A stretch of DNA of 64,000 bases, taken from assembly GCA_965216565.1 (NCBI GenBank), contig OZ244170.1, positions 96,001 to 160,000 on the forward strand, written 5' to 3'. The DNA comes from Bythopirellula sp. Lineage in GTDB: Bacteria; Planctomycetota; Planctomycetia; Pirellulales; Lacipirellulaceae. This document shows, piece by piece, positions 50,760 to 60,517 of the stretch (positions within the stretch are counted from its first letter, which is position 1; every line of letters begins with the position of its first letter). Under the pieces are notes generated by a model. That model was not told the origin of the DNA. It saw only the letters and a list, made by a program, of their open reading frames with translations, and made no database searches. Both the position numbers and the translations under genes were made by a program.

Positions 50760-51943
50760 TCTTCCTGTGCGTCTGCAAAGTTGCTCGTGCCAAAGTTCCC
50801 CAGGTTGTCTGCAAAATCGTTCAGAAACGGACCTGTGGGATAAAGCAGCTGTATGTTACTTGGCGTGGTTTCGGTTGGATTGGATTGAGAAACATCTAGC
50901 TCCACCCCTGCTCCTGTGGCCAAGGAGGAGTCGCCCCAGAAATCGTCGATACCGCAATGGAGAATCTGAAACTTCTTCTTTTGGACGTATTCGATGTAAC
51001 GCAATTCATCGACTTCGGGTGCATCCGGTCGTAATTGCTTGAGGGGATAGACATTGCCCGCGGAAGGATTGCGACTCGTGTAAAAGAACTCCGTGGAATT
51101 CCAATTGCGGACTGTTTGGAGTGGCGTCTCTCGGGAAGTGTCAAAGTAAACTATTGGCTCTTGACTTCCCTCAGCTAAGTATTCGTAAAGTTGAATTTCA
51201 TAGTCTTCAGTCGAATTCGTATTTGGATTGATTCGCTGAACTCGCAGGAAACGTCGATCGCCATTTCCATCTACCGAATACCTCAATCGGCCCCGGTCGA
51301 AATCATAGAGAGGGGCTTGAAATGAGTCGATCGTAATCACGTTGTTCACAGTTGAGCCATCCACACTGATGTTAGTAGCAACCAGATCGGTGCCGGTTAA
51401 GGGACGCTGCACGTCAGCACTAAAGCCGGAAAGCCAAAACACCAAAGCCTCGGCTGGTGATAAGCCGTTGGTGCCAATTGTCGAAATGTTGTTGTCCGCA
51501 TTATTAGCGTTTGAGGCTGTATTGAATTCAGAGCTTCGTGGAGCGACGCGTTTCAGAAAGGTGAGAACGTTCGCGCGGTTCCGCATATTTTCCTGATTAT
51601 TGATCTCAGATTCTTTGTAAACGTTGGGCGGATAAGAGCCATACTGGTTCTTGAAATCTTCCATCGCAGTGGCTAGTTGCTTGATTTCAATTGAGATCGC
51701 AGTTTCCTTGGCCTTGCGTAGCGCATTCATCGCCGCGCCGGTGATTAGCCCCGCCAGGATGGCGATGATGGTGATCACGACCAAAAGCTCGGTGAGCGTG
51801 AAGCCTGATAGCCGGGTTGCCATGCAACCCACGGCCGCCTTGCGTTGCTCGCCAGAGGACGAGTCAACAGTGGCAACACGGCTGAGCCGCTTTCCGCTTT
51901 CCGCGTTCCGCTTTCCAATTGTCTCATATTGATTCATACGCAT
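50756..51943 (-). CDS. Prepilin-type protein (pilin/pseudopilin-like)
   Basis: SG|FTLTELLVVITIIAILAGL; F..QYGSYPP; FQILHCGIDD; AGGAG RBS. Confidence 0.88.
   Translation of the reverse strand: MRMNQYETIGKRNAESGKRLSRVATVDSSSGEQRKAAVGCMATRLSGFTLTELLVVITIIAILAGLITGAAMNALRKAKETAISIEIKQLATAMEDFKNQYGSYPPNVYKESEINNQENMRNRANVLTFLKRVAPRSSEFNTASNANNADNNISTIGTNGLSPAEALVFWLSGFSADVQRPLTGTDLVATNISVDGSTVNNVITIDSFQAPLYDFDRGRLRYSVDGNGDRRFLRVQRINPNTNSTEDYEIQLYEYLAEGSQEPIVYFDTSRETPLQTVRNWNSTEFFYTSRNPSAGNVYPLKQLRPDAPEVDELRYIEYVQKKKFQILHCGIDDFWGDSSLATGAGVELDVSQSNPTETTPSNIQLLYPTGPFLNDFADNLGNFGTSNFADAQEE
51809..51885. repeat. Palindromic element inserted in frame in prepilin leader
   Basis: TAGCCGGGTTGCCA ... TGGCAACACGGCTG IR; 51837-51885 matches 52222-52270 at 46/49 nt. 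Confidence 0.8.
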
Positions 51944-52221
51944 CTCTGAACTCCTGCTTCCTGAGCGGTTACTTACTTATGCAATTTCCATGCGCAATTC
52001 GGCGAAGAGACTCGCTGCAGCACGGCATCGTTCCCCCTGATAGAGGTAGTATAGCCGTTTGACGGCTTGATAGCTGACTGCTGCGCGGTGCTTACCCCCA
52101 GGTAGAGGTAATTGTCCCTCGCAATATTTTATTTTGCCCGTTTAGGCCCGATGTGTGCAATGTTGCACAATTGAACACTTCCGAGAGGCGTTTTGCGGCA
52201 ATTCCCTTCCTTTCGCCACGT

Positions 52222-52270
52222 GCCTTGCGTTGCTCGCCAGGGGACGAGTAAACAGTGGCAACGCGGCTGA
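52222..52270. repeat. Second copy of the leader-associated element
   Basis: 46/49 nt identical to 51837-51885. Confidence 0.8.
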
Positions 52271-52304
52271 AAGCCGTCTTCTTAAGGAAAACACGACCGC
52301 GCCG

Positions 52305-52350
52305 GCTCTTTGCTCCAGGCTCCAGGCTCCCTGCTCCAAGCTCCTCGCTC
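52305..52350. repeat. Heptamer tandem array (GCTCNNN)x6.5
   Basis: GCTCTTT GCTCCAG GCTCCAG GCTCCCT GCTCCAA GCTCCTC GCTC. Confidence 0.75.
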
Positions 52351-52352
52351 AC

Positions 52353-53681
52353 CTACCCCGTCAGACCGTTGATGAGTTCCACCAGCGGAATGAACAACGC
52401 GATCACGATAAAGCCAACCGCACCACCGAGGAACAGAATCAACAACGGTTCCATCAGCTTGGTGAGTCCATCCGTGAGCACGGCAACTTCCTCGTCGTAG
52501 GTGTCGGCCACTTTGTAAAGCATGGTATCGAGTTCGCCAGTTTCTTCGCCGACATCGACCATGTTGACCACAATATCGTCGACCACGCGTTGCTGGAGTT
52601 TCAGCAGGTAGACCAACACTCCGATCGGACCGCCAATAAAGCAGAACCAGAAGAAGGCAGCCATCGGGTGCAGCGAGAGCTTGGAATACTCCTTCAATGG
52701 TTGAGCAATAGCATCGCCCTCGCGGATGCGCTCGCTAACCTTGGAGAACAACCTTTCGAACACAGCATTGCCACTAGTTTCGCGTGTGATGTTGAGTGCT
52801 TCGAGAATCGGCACACCGCTAGAGATGAGTGTTCCCAAGGTCCGCGAAGTCCGGGCCATGATGTTTTTTTCGATAAGATTTCCAAAGATGGGCACCTTGA
52901 TAATAAACTGATCCCAGCCCATACGCCCTGCTTTGAACTTGCGAATGAGTTTGATCGTCAGCCAGATTACCATCGGTACGCCGGGTATGAGGTACCAGTA
53001 GTGAACGCACCATTCCGAAAGGGCAATCAAGTAAATGGTCATTGCAGGGAGATCGAGTTCGAAGTCGTCGAAAATCGATTGGAACGACGGCACGATCTTG
53101 ATCATGATGAACGTCAAAATACCGACCGCCACCGACACGACGACAACCGGGTAGATCATCGCACTCTTGACTTTTCGCTTGAGCGATTCGGCCCGTTCTT
53201 TGAAGTCGGCCAGACGTTGGAGGATGACTTCCAGGGCACCACCCGCCTCACCAGCTTTGATCATGTTGACGTACAAACGATCGAACGCCTTGGGGCACTT
53301 GGCCATGGCTTCGGAAAGGGTGTCGCCGGCCTCGATTGCTTCGCACGTGTCTTCCAGGGAGTATTTCAATCGCCCCGCTTTGGCTTGCTCGCCGAGGATT
53401 CGTAGGCTCCGCAAGATCGGGAGACCCGCATCCTGAAGAATGGAAAGTTGCCGCGTGAAGGCGGTGAGGTCTTTGGATGCGACGCCACCGAAGACAAAGC
53501 CGCGTTTCTTTTTGCTACCCGCTGCCTCAGACTTCTTACGCGCTTTTTTGACCGAGATCTTGGTCACGAAGTAGCCCATCTGCCGAATGGTGGCCTGGGC
53601 ATCTTCCTCGGTCGGCGCTTCGATCACGTCCTTGATCTCGGCACCGGTCGAGTCCATCGCTTCGAATTGAAAAGTAGGCAT
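52353..53681 (-). CDS. pilC: Type IV pilus/T2SS platform protein
   Basis: FTRQLSILQDAGLP, AGEAGGAL, SAMIYP, VGEETGELD, MEP; two T2SSF domains. Confidence 0.93.
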   Translation of the reverse strand: MPTFQFEAMDSTGAEIKDVIEAPTEEDAQATIRQMGYFVTKISVKKARKKSEAAGSKKKRGFVFGGVASKDLTAFTRQLSILQDAGLPILRSLRILGEQAKAGRLKYSLEDTCEAIEAGDTLSEAMAKCPKAFDRLYVNMIKAGEAGGALEVILQRLADFKERAESLKRKVKSAMIYPVVVVSVAVGILTFIMIKIVPSFQSIFDDFELDLPAMTIYLIALSEWCVHYWYLIPGVPMVIWLTIKLIRKFKAGRMGWDQFIIKVPIFGNLIEKNIMARTSRTLGTLISSGVPILEALNITRETSGNAVFERLFSKVSERIREGDAIAQPLKEYSKLSLHPMAAFFWFCFIGGPIGVLVYLLKLQQRVVDDIVVNMVDVGEETGELDTMLYKVADTYDEEVAVLTDGLTKLMEPLLILFLGGAVGFIVIALFIPLVELINGLTG

Positions 53682-53767
53682 GATAAGTGGTCCATTGTCC
53701 TAGGTCTGAGTTCCTGGATAAGTTGTCTGAGCAATTTCCATGCCGCAGACAGCGGAACTCCGACCGA

Positions 53768-55480
53768 TCACGCGTCGATAATGGTTTCTCGAATGACTTC
53801 TTCGGGAGTTGTCGTGCCCTCGATACAGGCCTTCATTCCGGCATCACGCAAAGTGACCATACCGGCGTCGCGGGCTGTGTCGCGGAGCTTGTCTGTCGAA
53901 GCGTTTTTCATGATCAGTTCACGTAGGTCGTTGTTCATGATCATGAGTTCGAAAAGACCGACTCTTCCCTTATAACCTGTATTGTTGCAGTTTTCGCAGC
54001 CTGATCCACGATAAAACTGAATTCCTTTGAGGTCTTCTTGCTCCAATTCCAGGTCTTCTAGCACCTCTTTAGAGGGATTGTACTCTTCTTTGCAATTTTC
54101 GCAGATCCGCCGGACAAGTCGCTGAGCCAGGATGACTTCGACCGTGGCAGTGAGCAAGAACGTTGGCACGCCCATGTCTTTCATACGAGTGATCGTGCTC
54201 GGTGCGTCGTTGGTATGCAGCGTGCTAAAAACCATGTGGCCGGTGAGGGATGCTTGCACCGCGATTTCGGCTGTTTCCAGATCGCGAATTTCGCCAACGA
54301 GGATCTTGTCGGGGTCCTGACGTAGAATAGCCCGCAGGCATTGGGCAAAGGTATTGCCAATTGAAGAATCGATGGGCACCTGGATGATGCCCTCCATGTC
54401 GTATTCGACCGGGTCTTCGGTAGTGATGAGTTTGTCTTCGACGGTGTTGAGTTCGTTCAGAGCCGAGTAGAGCGTGGTGGTTTTACCCGAACCAGTCGGG
54501 CCAGTGACCAACACAATGCCGTTCGGCTTGGCAATGGCGGCACGAAACTCCGCCATCGTTTCGTCGTTCATACCGACATTCTGCAGATCGAGCGAAACCA
54601 CCGATCGGTCGAGGACCCGCATGACGACGCTTTCGCCGAACATGGTGGGAAGGACACTGACGCGAAGATCGACCGGGTGACCGCCGACATTCAGCTCGAT
54701 GCGTCCGTCCTGTGGCATCCGCCGTTCGGCAATATCGAGATCGGCCATCACTTTGATGCGCGTGGTGATCGCAAAAGCCAAATGTCGCGGTGGCGGTACC
54801 ATTTCGTACAGCACGCCATCGGCTTTGATGCGAATGCGAAATTCGTCTTCGAAAGGCTCGAAATGCAAATCGCTCGCGTGGTCTTTGATCGCAAGCAAGA
54901 GCACCATGTTCAAGAGCTTACGGACGGGGGCACTATCAGCCAAAGCTTCGACACTAGTGAGATCGACGCCGCCTTCGGCCGCGGCAACCGCTGCGGCAAG
55001 CTCTGCGTCATCTTCCAAGTCGGAAACAATGCTCTCCACGCTTTCCGTGTTCTCGCCATAGTAGCGATCGAGCGCGGCCAGGATGGCGGGCTCCGTCGCG
55101 ACGACCACGGCAATGTTGTAGCCAAGGAAGGTGCGGAGTTCGTCCTGAACTGCGAGATTCTGCGGATCGCACATGGCAACGGTGAGCGTCGTGCCGTCAA
55201 ACTCAGTTGGCACGATACGGTACATCTGAGCCATCGGCTCGGTGAGGAGCGCGAGCACTTCTTTGTCGATGGACAAGTCGCCGAGAGCGACCGTGCGGAG
55301 CGACATCTGTTCGCCCAACGCCTGGGCGAGCTGGTCGTCGGTGATCAGGCCCATGTCCATCGAGACTTGGCCCAGCAATTGTCCCGGGCGCTGTTGCTGT
55401 TCTTCCAGCAGCAGCTCGAGTTGCTCGTCGGAGATATATCCGAGGTCGACCAGAATTTGACCGATGCGACGTAAGGCCAT
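53768..55480 (-). CDS. pilB: Type IV pilus assembly ATPase (PilB/GspE)
   Basis: RIGQILV..G.I MshEN-like start, GPTGSGKTT, EDPVEY, RQDPD, tetra-Cys CENC..CENC. Confidence 0.93.
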   Translation of the reverse strand: MALRRIGQILVDLGYISDEQLELLLEEQQQRPGQLLGQVSMDMGLITDDQLAQALGEQMSLRTVALGDLSIDKEVLALLTEPMAQMYRIVPTEFDGTTLTVAMCDPQNLAVQDELRTFLGYNIAVVVATEPAILAALDRYYGENTESVESIVSDLEDDAELAAAVAAAEGGVDLTSVEALADSAPVRKLLNMVLLLAIKDHASDLHFEPFEDEFRIRIKADGVLYEMVPPPRHLAFAITTRIKVMADLDIAERRMPQDGRIELNVGGHPVDLRVSVLPTMFGESVVMRVLDRSVVSLDLQNVGMNDETMAEFRAAIAKPNGIVLVTGPTGSGKTTTLYSALNELNTVEDKLITTEDPVEYDMEGIIQVPIDSSIGNTFAQCLRAILRQDPDKILVGEIRDLETAEIAVQASLTGHMVFSTLHTNDAPSTITRMKDMGVPTFLLTATVEVILAQRLVRRICENCKEEYNPSKEVLEDLELEQEDLKGIQFYRGSGCENCNNTGYKGRVGLFELMIMNNDLRELIMKNASTDKLRDTARDAGMVTLRDAGMKACIEGTTTPEEVIRETIIDA

Positions 55481-55544
55481 AGTAAGTAGGGGCTAGGTTT
55501 TCAGGGGTTACAGTTTACAGACTGAGGAATAAGGAAAAACGTGT

Positions 55545-56660
55545 TTACTCGAAGGGGTCTTCATTCTCTTCGTCGGGATCGTCGAAGGCACCGCGTTCGG
55601 CGGCGGCGATGCGCTTGGCTAGATCGTCGGGAGCGTTGGCCTTGGCCAACAGGTCTTCTTTTGTGGCTAGTTCATTCTTCCAATGAGAGAACAGATCGTC
55701 ATCGAGCAACTTCATGCCGTGCTTGGAGCCGGTTTGAATGGCGGACGTAATACGGAAGATCTTGTTCTCCCGGACCAAGTTGGCGATACCGGGGGTGACT
55801 ACAAGTGTTTCAAACGCAGCAACCCGACCCCCACCAATACGGGGAACCAATTGCTGAGCCAGAATGCCGATAATGGCGGTTGCCAACTGGGTGCGGATTT
55901 GTTCCTGCTGATTGGTCGGGAACACGTCGATAATACGGTTGATCGTGCCTGCGGCGCTGGAGGTATGTAACGTGCCAAAAACCACGTGACCGGTTTCCGC
56001 CGCGGTAATGGCAGCTTCGATGGTTTCGAGGTCACGTAGCTCACCGACGAGGATCACGTCGGGATCTTGCCGCAACGCTCGGCGAATCGCCTCGGCAAAG
56101 GATGTGACGTCTGTGCCGACCTCGCGCTGGTTGATCGTTGACTTTTTATGATTGTGATAAAACTCGATCGGGTCTTCGATCGTTATGATGTGATGGTCGA
56201 CGGTCTCGTTGAGGTAGTCGATCATGGCCGCGAGCGAAGTACTTTTGCCCGAACCAGTTGGACCAGTGACGAGCACCAATCCACGTGGCCGCATAATGAG
56301 ATCTTTGAAAACCGTCGGAACATTGAGCTGCTCCATCGACATCATGTCGACCGGAATCTGCCGCAACACGAGAGCGACGTTACCACGTTGTCGAAACACC
56401 GAAACGCGGAAGCGAGCTTGATCGCCGAAAGCAAAGCCGAAGTCGGTACTGCCAGTTTCCTGGAACTCCTGCTGGCAACGCTCGGGAGTGATACTCTTCA
56501 TCAAGCCCATGGTGTCGGCAGGCTCGAGCACCTTGGTTTTGAGCTTCTGCATCCGTCCATGCAGCCGCAACACGGGAGGTTGCCCCACCGTGATGTGCAG
56601 ATCGCTCGCGCCTTGCTTCACTTGGGCGGAGAGCAATTTATCGATAAGAATCGTGCCCAT
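55545..56660 (-). CDS. pilT: Type IV pilus retraction ATPase
   Basis: ASDLH, GPTGSGKST, TIEDPIE, QREVG, ALRQDPD, AAETGH, IANLVRE (AIRNLIRE-like). Confidence 0.95.
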   Translation of the reverse strand: MGTILIDKLLSAQVKQGASDLHITVGQPPVLRLHGRMQKLKTKVLEPADTMGLMKSITPERCQQEFQETGSTDFGFAFGDQARFRVSVFRQRGNVALVLRQIPVDMMSMEQLNVPTVFKDLIMRPRGLVLVTGPTGSGKSTSLAAMIDYLNETVDHHIITIEDPIEFYHNHKKSTINQREVGTDVTSFAEAIRRALRQDPDVILVGELRDLETIEAAITAAETGHVVFGTLHTSSAAGTINRIIDVFPTNQQEQIRTQLATAIIGILAQQLVPRIGGGRVAAFETLVVTPGIANLVRENKIFRITSAIQTGSKHGMKLLDDDLFSHWKNELATKEDLLAKANAPDDLAKRIAAAERGAFDDPDEENEDPFE

Positions 56661-56842
56661 TACGCTCTGTTCCTACACACAGTTCCTACTCACAATATTC
56701 CTAAAAAGGCAATCCATCACTTGCCTGTCTGTCCGGCTAGATTGGAATCCTATCCAGCCACTCTTGCCCTGGGGGCCTTATCTCTATTCTAACCAGCTCA
56801 GCGATGCAAGAATTTGCATTTTGCCTGCTGTTTTCCTTTCAA

Positions 56843-58543
56843 TTACGTCACTTTCTTGGACACCTTGAAGACCTCCTCAAGGGTTGTAATGCCCTGCGTG
56901 GCCTTCAGGATGCCATCGTCGTACAGGGTGCTCATCCCTTGGTTGACTGCTGCATTGCGAATTTCTTCCGTGGAGGCCCCGGCAAGCGAGAGCTCCCGGA
57001 CCTTGGACGTCATCGTCATAAACTCAAAGATACCCAGACGACCGCGATAACCGCTTTTGCCACAGTGCGAGCAGCCGACGCCTTTCATGAAGGTGGCGGC
57101 GGCCGCTTGTTCGGGTGTGATGCCTGCGGCTTCGAGCTGGCCTTCGGACGGGGTAAAGGGTTGCTTGCACTTGCTGCAAACGACTCGCACCAACCGCTGC
57201 GCGAGTACACCAATCACACTACCGGCGACCAGATAAGCGGGCACTCCCATGTCCACCATCCGAGTGACGGCACCGGGTGCATCGTTGGTGTGCAATGTGC
57301 TGAAAACCAAGTGACCGGTGAGCGATGCCTGGATACCCATCGAGGCGGTCTCGTTGTCACGCATCTCACCAACCAAAATTACATTGGGTGCCTGTCGCAA
57401 CATCGCGCGAATGATCAACGCAAAGTCGAGGCCAATCGAGTGCCGCACTTCCACTTGATTGATGCCGGGGAGGTAGTATTCCACAGGATCCTCGGCGGTG
57501 ATGATTTTGCGATCGGGCCGATTCAATTCGTTGAGTGCAGCATAGAGCGTGGTGGTCTTGCCGGAACCGGTGGGGCCCGTCACGAGCAGAATCCCATTGG
57601 GACGCCTAATCAGGCTGCGAAACTTTTTGAAGTCGCCGTCGGAGAGCCCCAGTTGTCGCACGCCAACTTTAATATTGTCTTTGTCCAAGAGCCGCATTAC
57701 GCACGATTGTCCATGCGTGGTTGGCAGCATGCTGACCCGCAGGTCCAACTCCTTGCCACCTGCGGTAATCTTGATTCGTCCGTCCTGCGTACGACGTCGC
57801 TCGGCAATGTCCATCTTGGCGAGAATCTTGATACGCGACAAAAGCGCACCCAGCAAACGCCGGGGTGGGCTATCGCGTTCGACCAGCACGCCATCGATCC
57901 GGTAACGGATGCGTACTTTTTCTTCAAACGGTTCGACGTGAATGTCTGATGCCCGCAGCTGAACAGCCTCGGTAATCATGAGCTGCACCAGCCGCACGAT
58001 GGGGGCGCTCGACTCATCGACGACGTCGTCATCGTCGCCGGTTTCATCGTCTTCGGTCTCCGTGAAATCGATGGCCGTATCGGTGAACTCTTGCAGCATC
58101 GAGTCGGCACTTTCGCCGTCGAGCTGACCGTAGTTGCGGTTGATCGCTTCGTTGATTGCCTCGCGGGTGGCGAGGCCGATTTCGACTTTACGATTGAGAA
58201 TAAATTGCAGCTTGTCGAACGTCTCGAAGTCGAGCGGATCGCTAACGACAACCTTTAGCTTGCCGTCTTCTTCCGAGAACGGAATCACCGAGTTCTCGCG
58301 TGCCACCGATTCTGGAACCAGCTCTACCACGGCCGGTGGGATGGGGACGTTGCTTAGATCGTAGAATTCATAGTCGTGTTGCTTGGCGAGCGCCTTCATC
58401 ACCTGTTCGGCGGAGGCATAACCTAATTCGGCGATGGCATCTTGAAGCTTCAGGCCTTTCGATTTCGCATGGGCCTCTGCTTCCTGCAATTGCTCAGGGC
58501 CTAGAATACCCTGCTTGATTAAGTAGTCACCAAGGTCGGCCAT
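56843..58543 (-). CDS. pilB: Second PilB/GspE family ATPase
   Basis: LGDYLIKQG N-terminus, ASDIH, GPTGSGKTT, RQAPN, CSKC..CSHC. Confidence 0.9.
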   Translation of the reverse strand: MADLGDYLIKQGILGPEQLQEAEAHAKSKGLKLQDAIAELGYASAEQVMKALAKQHDYEFYDLSNVPIPPAVVELVPESVARENSVIPFSEEDGKLKVVVSDPLDFETFDKLQFILNRKVEIGLATREAINEAINRNYGQLDGESADSMLQEFTDTAIDFTETEDDETGDDDDVVDESSAPIVRLVQLMITEAVQLRASDIHVEPFEEKVRIRYRIDGVLVERDSPPRRLLGALLSRIKILAKMDIAERRRTQDGRIKITAGGKELDLRVSMLPTTHGQSCVMRLLDKDNIKVGVRQLGLSDGDFKKFRSLIRRPNGILLVTGPTGSGKTTTLYAALNELNRPDRKIITAEDPVEYYLPGINQVEVRHSIGLDFALIIRAMLRQAPNVILVGEMRDNETASMGIQASLTGHLVFSTLHTNDAPGAVTRMVDMGVPAYLVAGSVIGVLAQRLVRVVCSKCKQPFTPSEGQLEAAGITPEQAAAATFMKGVGCSHCGKSGYRGRLGIFEFMTMTSKVRELSLAGASTEEIRNAAVNQGMSTLYDDGILKATQGITTLEEVFKVSKKVT

Positions 58544-58811
58544 TACAAATGGTTCTCTCTTATTCCTAAATCGCGATTCTTACCAGCCGATAGATTACTG
58601 GTTGAATTCTCCTTGCGCCGGGTCTCGAACCAAATCGAGCGATGGAAGAATCGTGACCAGAGCACGGATACAAACCTTGCTAAAGTCCTAAACTTCACGG
58701 GGTTTCGACAACCCCCCCAAACGTGCCACTCTAACTACTAGGCTAATGGTGGGGGCCTATAATGTCAATCAACCAGCGGTCTCGGCGAGTGCTCGGGTGT
58801 GGTTGCAACGG

Positions 58812-59387
58812 TCACGACGATTTCCCCAGTTGTTGCTCTCTGAGCAGACGCGCTTGTTGGCGCAGCTTTTGGGCCAAATGGCGCAGCGAATCGGCTTGCT
58901 TATAGAGGTCCAAGGTCTCTAGACGATGGGCGGCACTATCCATTTGTCTGGCCGTCTCGCGGAGTGCGACGATTTGCTCAGATGGAGCCGGTGAGACGGG
59001 GCTCGCAGTGGTGGGGAAGTCGAGAAAGCTGGACTGCTGATTGCCTATCGTTAGCTCTTGGGGAAGTTTCTGCGAAGGGAGCTTTCCCGGAGGAAATTTC
59101 TTGTCCACCTCCGAGCCACCAAGCGCTTGTTGGATTTCGCGGATCTCTTGCTCAATGGTCTGTCGCTCGACGATCTTTTGCTCGCCAGTCTCTTGCTCGC
59201 CAGTCTCTTGCTCGCCAGTCTCTTGCTCGATTGCGTCTCGGGGCAATTTCTGCAAGTTTTCGGATCGTTCGCCATAAACTGCGGAACCCGTTTGCCATGC
59301 TAAAAGAAGGAGTAGGGCCAGGGCCGTAGCAAAGATCGGCACGGCTGGGAGACGGCTGATTCTCATTCTGAAAATGTTCTTGACCAT
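58812..59387 (-). CDS. Exported hypothetical protein with EQETG repeats
   Basis: Hydrophobic signal; helical C-terminus; AAGGGAG RBS. Confidence 0.7.
   Translation of the reverse strand: MVKNIFRMRISRLPAVPIFATALALLLLLAWQTGSAVYGERSENLQKLPRDAIEQETGEQETGEQETGEQKIVERQTIEQEIREIQQALGGSEVDKKFPPGKLPSQKLPQELTIGNQQSSFLDFPTTASPVSPAPSEQIVALRETARQMDSAAHRLETLDLYKQADSLRHLAQKLRQQARLLREQQLGKSS
59178..59229. repeat. 15-bp tandem repeat x3.5 (coding VNTR)
   Basis: TTGCTCGCCAGTCTC perfect x3 plus TTGCTCG. Confidence 0.9.
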
Positions 59388-60161
59388 GCCTGGCTCCCTT
59401 TCGATTCATTTGGTGGTTTGGCAAAGTGTGTTTACATCGTGCTACTTCGATGATGATAAATGAGGATGATAGCCGAGCATAATAGTCGAGGAGGATAAAT
59501 TTAGCCGCAGAATCTCACGTTTCAATTAGATGCTCACAGATTGAATAGATCATAGGAACTGATCGAAGAGTTCACCTACTCTTCTACGACTGTTCTACGG
59601 AATTGGGAGTTCCCCACTATTTTCTGATGCACTGGTTCTTCTAAGTGTTCAGAAAGTCTAAGTACCAAAAAATTGATTGGCTAATTGATTGGCTAATCGT
59701 TGCCTAAGCTCGGTTCGACCCATTATTCGATTTAGCCGCGAACAGGTAATTTGGGCAAGTTCAGTAGGGGCTCAAGGACGCCCAGCGGAGCGAGGGTTCC
59801 GTACCCGCAGAGACAGCTTCTGCTTTGTTTCTAGGTGTTTTATGACTTTTTGACGTGGAACGCAATTCCGAGAAACTCGCTCGCCAAACCCGCTTTACCG
59901 TTGACCAGTGGGCAGGTTCGGATATCTTGAATTACTGCGGTGGGAAGCAGGTGTTAACCTCGCCTGATAGAGATCGCAAGAGTCGCCCGCATTAACTAGG
60001 GCAGGAATCGCTCGTCCTTGTTGCTGTGATCGTCCGCTTGTCGAAAAGCTTCTCACCCCACTCGTTGTGCGACTGCTCCTGGGAGCAGTCAGATTTAGGC
60101 TATTCTCGCTTGATTGAGAGGACTGGCCACAAGAAGAGTTCAGTATTTTGGAGATGGCACA

Positions 60162-60359
60162 ATGCCAGAAGGTACGATTAAGAAGTTGATGGACAAGGGT
60201 TTTGGTTTTATCGAAGGCGAGCGTGGAGACATTTTCTTCCATCACTCGGCGCTTGCTGATGGCAACTTCGACAGCCTTCATGAAGGACAGAGGGTAGAAT
60301 ACGAAGAAGGCACCGGGCCCAAGGGTCCCTGTGCTGAGAACGTGAAGGCGGTCTCTTAG
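60162..60359 (+). CDS. Cold-shock domain protein
   Basis: GTIK, KGFGFI (RNP1), IFFHHS (RNP2), GPKGPCAENV; GGAG RBS. Confidence 0.95.
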   Translation: MPEGTIKKLMDKGFGFIEGERGDIFFHHSALADGNFDSLHEGQRVEYEEGTGPKGPCAENVKAVS

Positions 60360-60419
60360 CAACGACAAGATTGCTGGGAATTGAGCCCAACCGTTCAAGC
60401 ATCCTATCGACCAAACACA

Positions 60420-60460
60420 AGAGAGCCGCCCCTCGAATGATTCGAGGGGCGGCTCTTGTT
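60420..60460. terminator. Bidirectional terminator
   Basis: AGAGCCGCCCCTCGAA/TTCGAGGGGCGGCTCT perfect stem between convergent genes. Confidence 0.85.
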
Positions 60461-60517
60461 ATGGGCTCTCTGTGACAAGTGATGCTCGTCTCAGACGATT
60501 GAACTACTCAATTGCCG

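Noticed and set aside
52155..53405. 416-aa plus-strand ORF
   Set aside because: Antisense shadow of pilC plus repeat DNA
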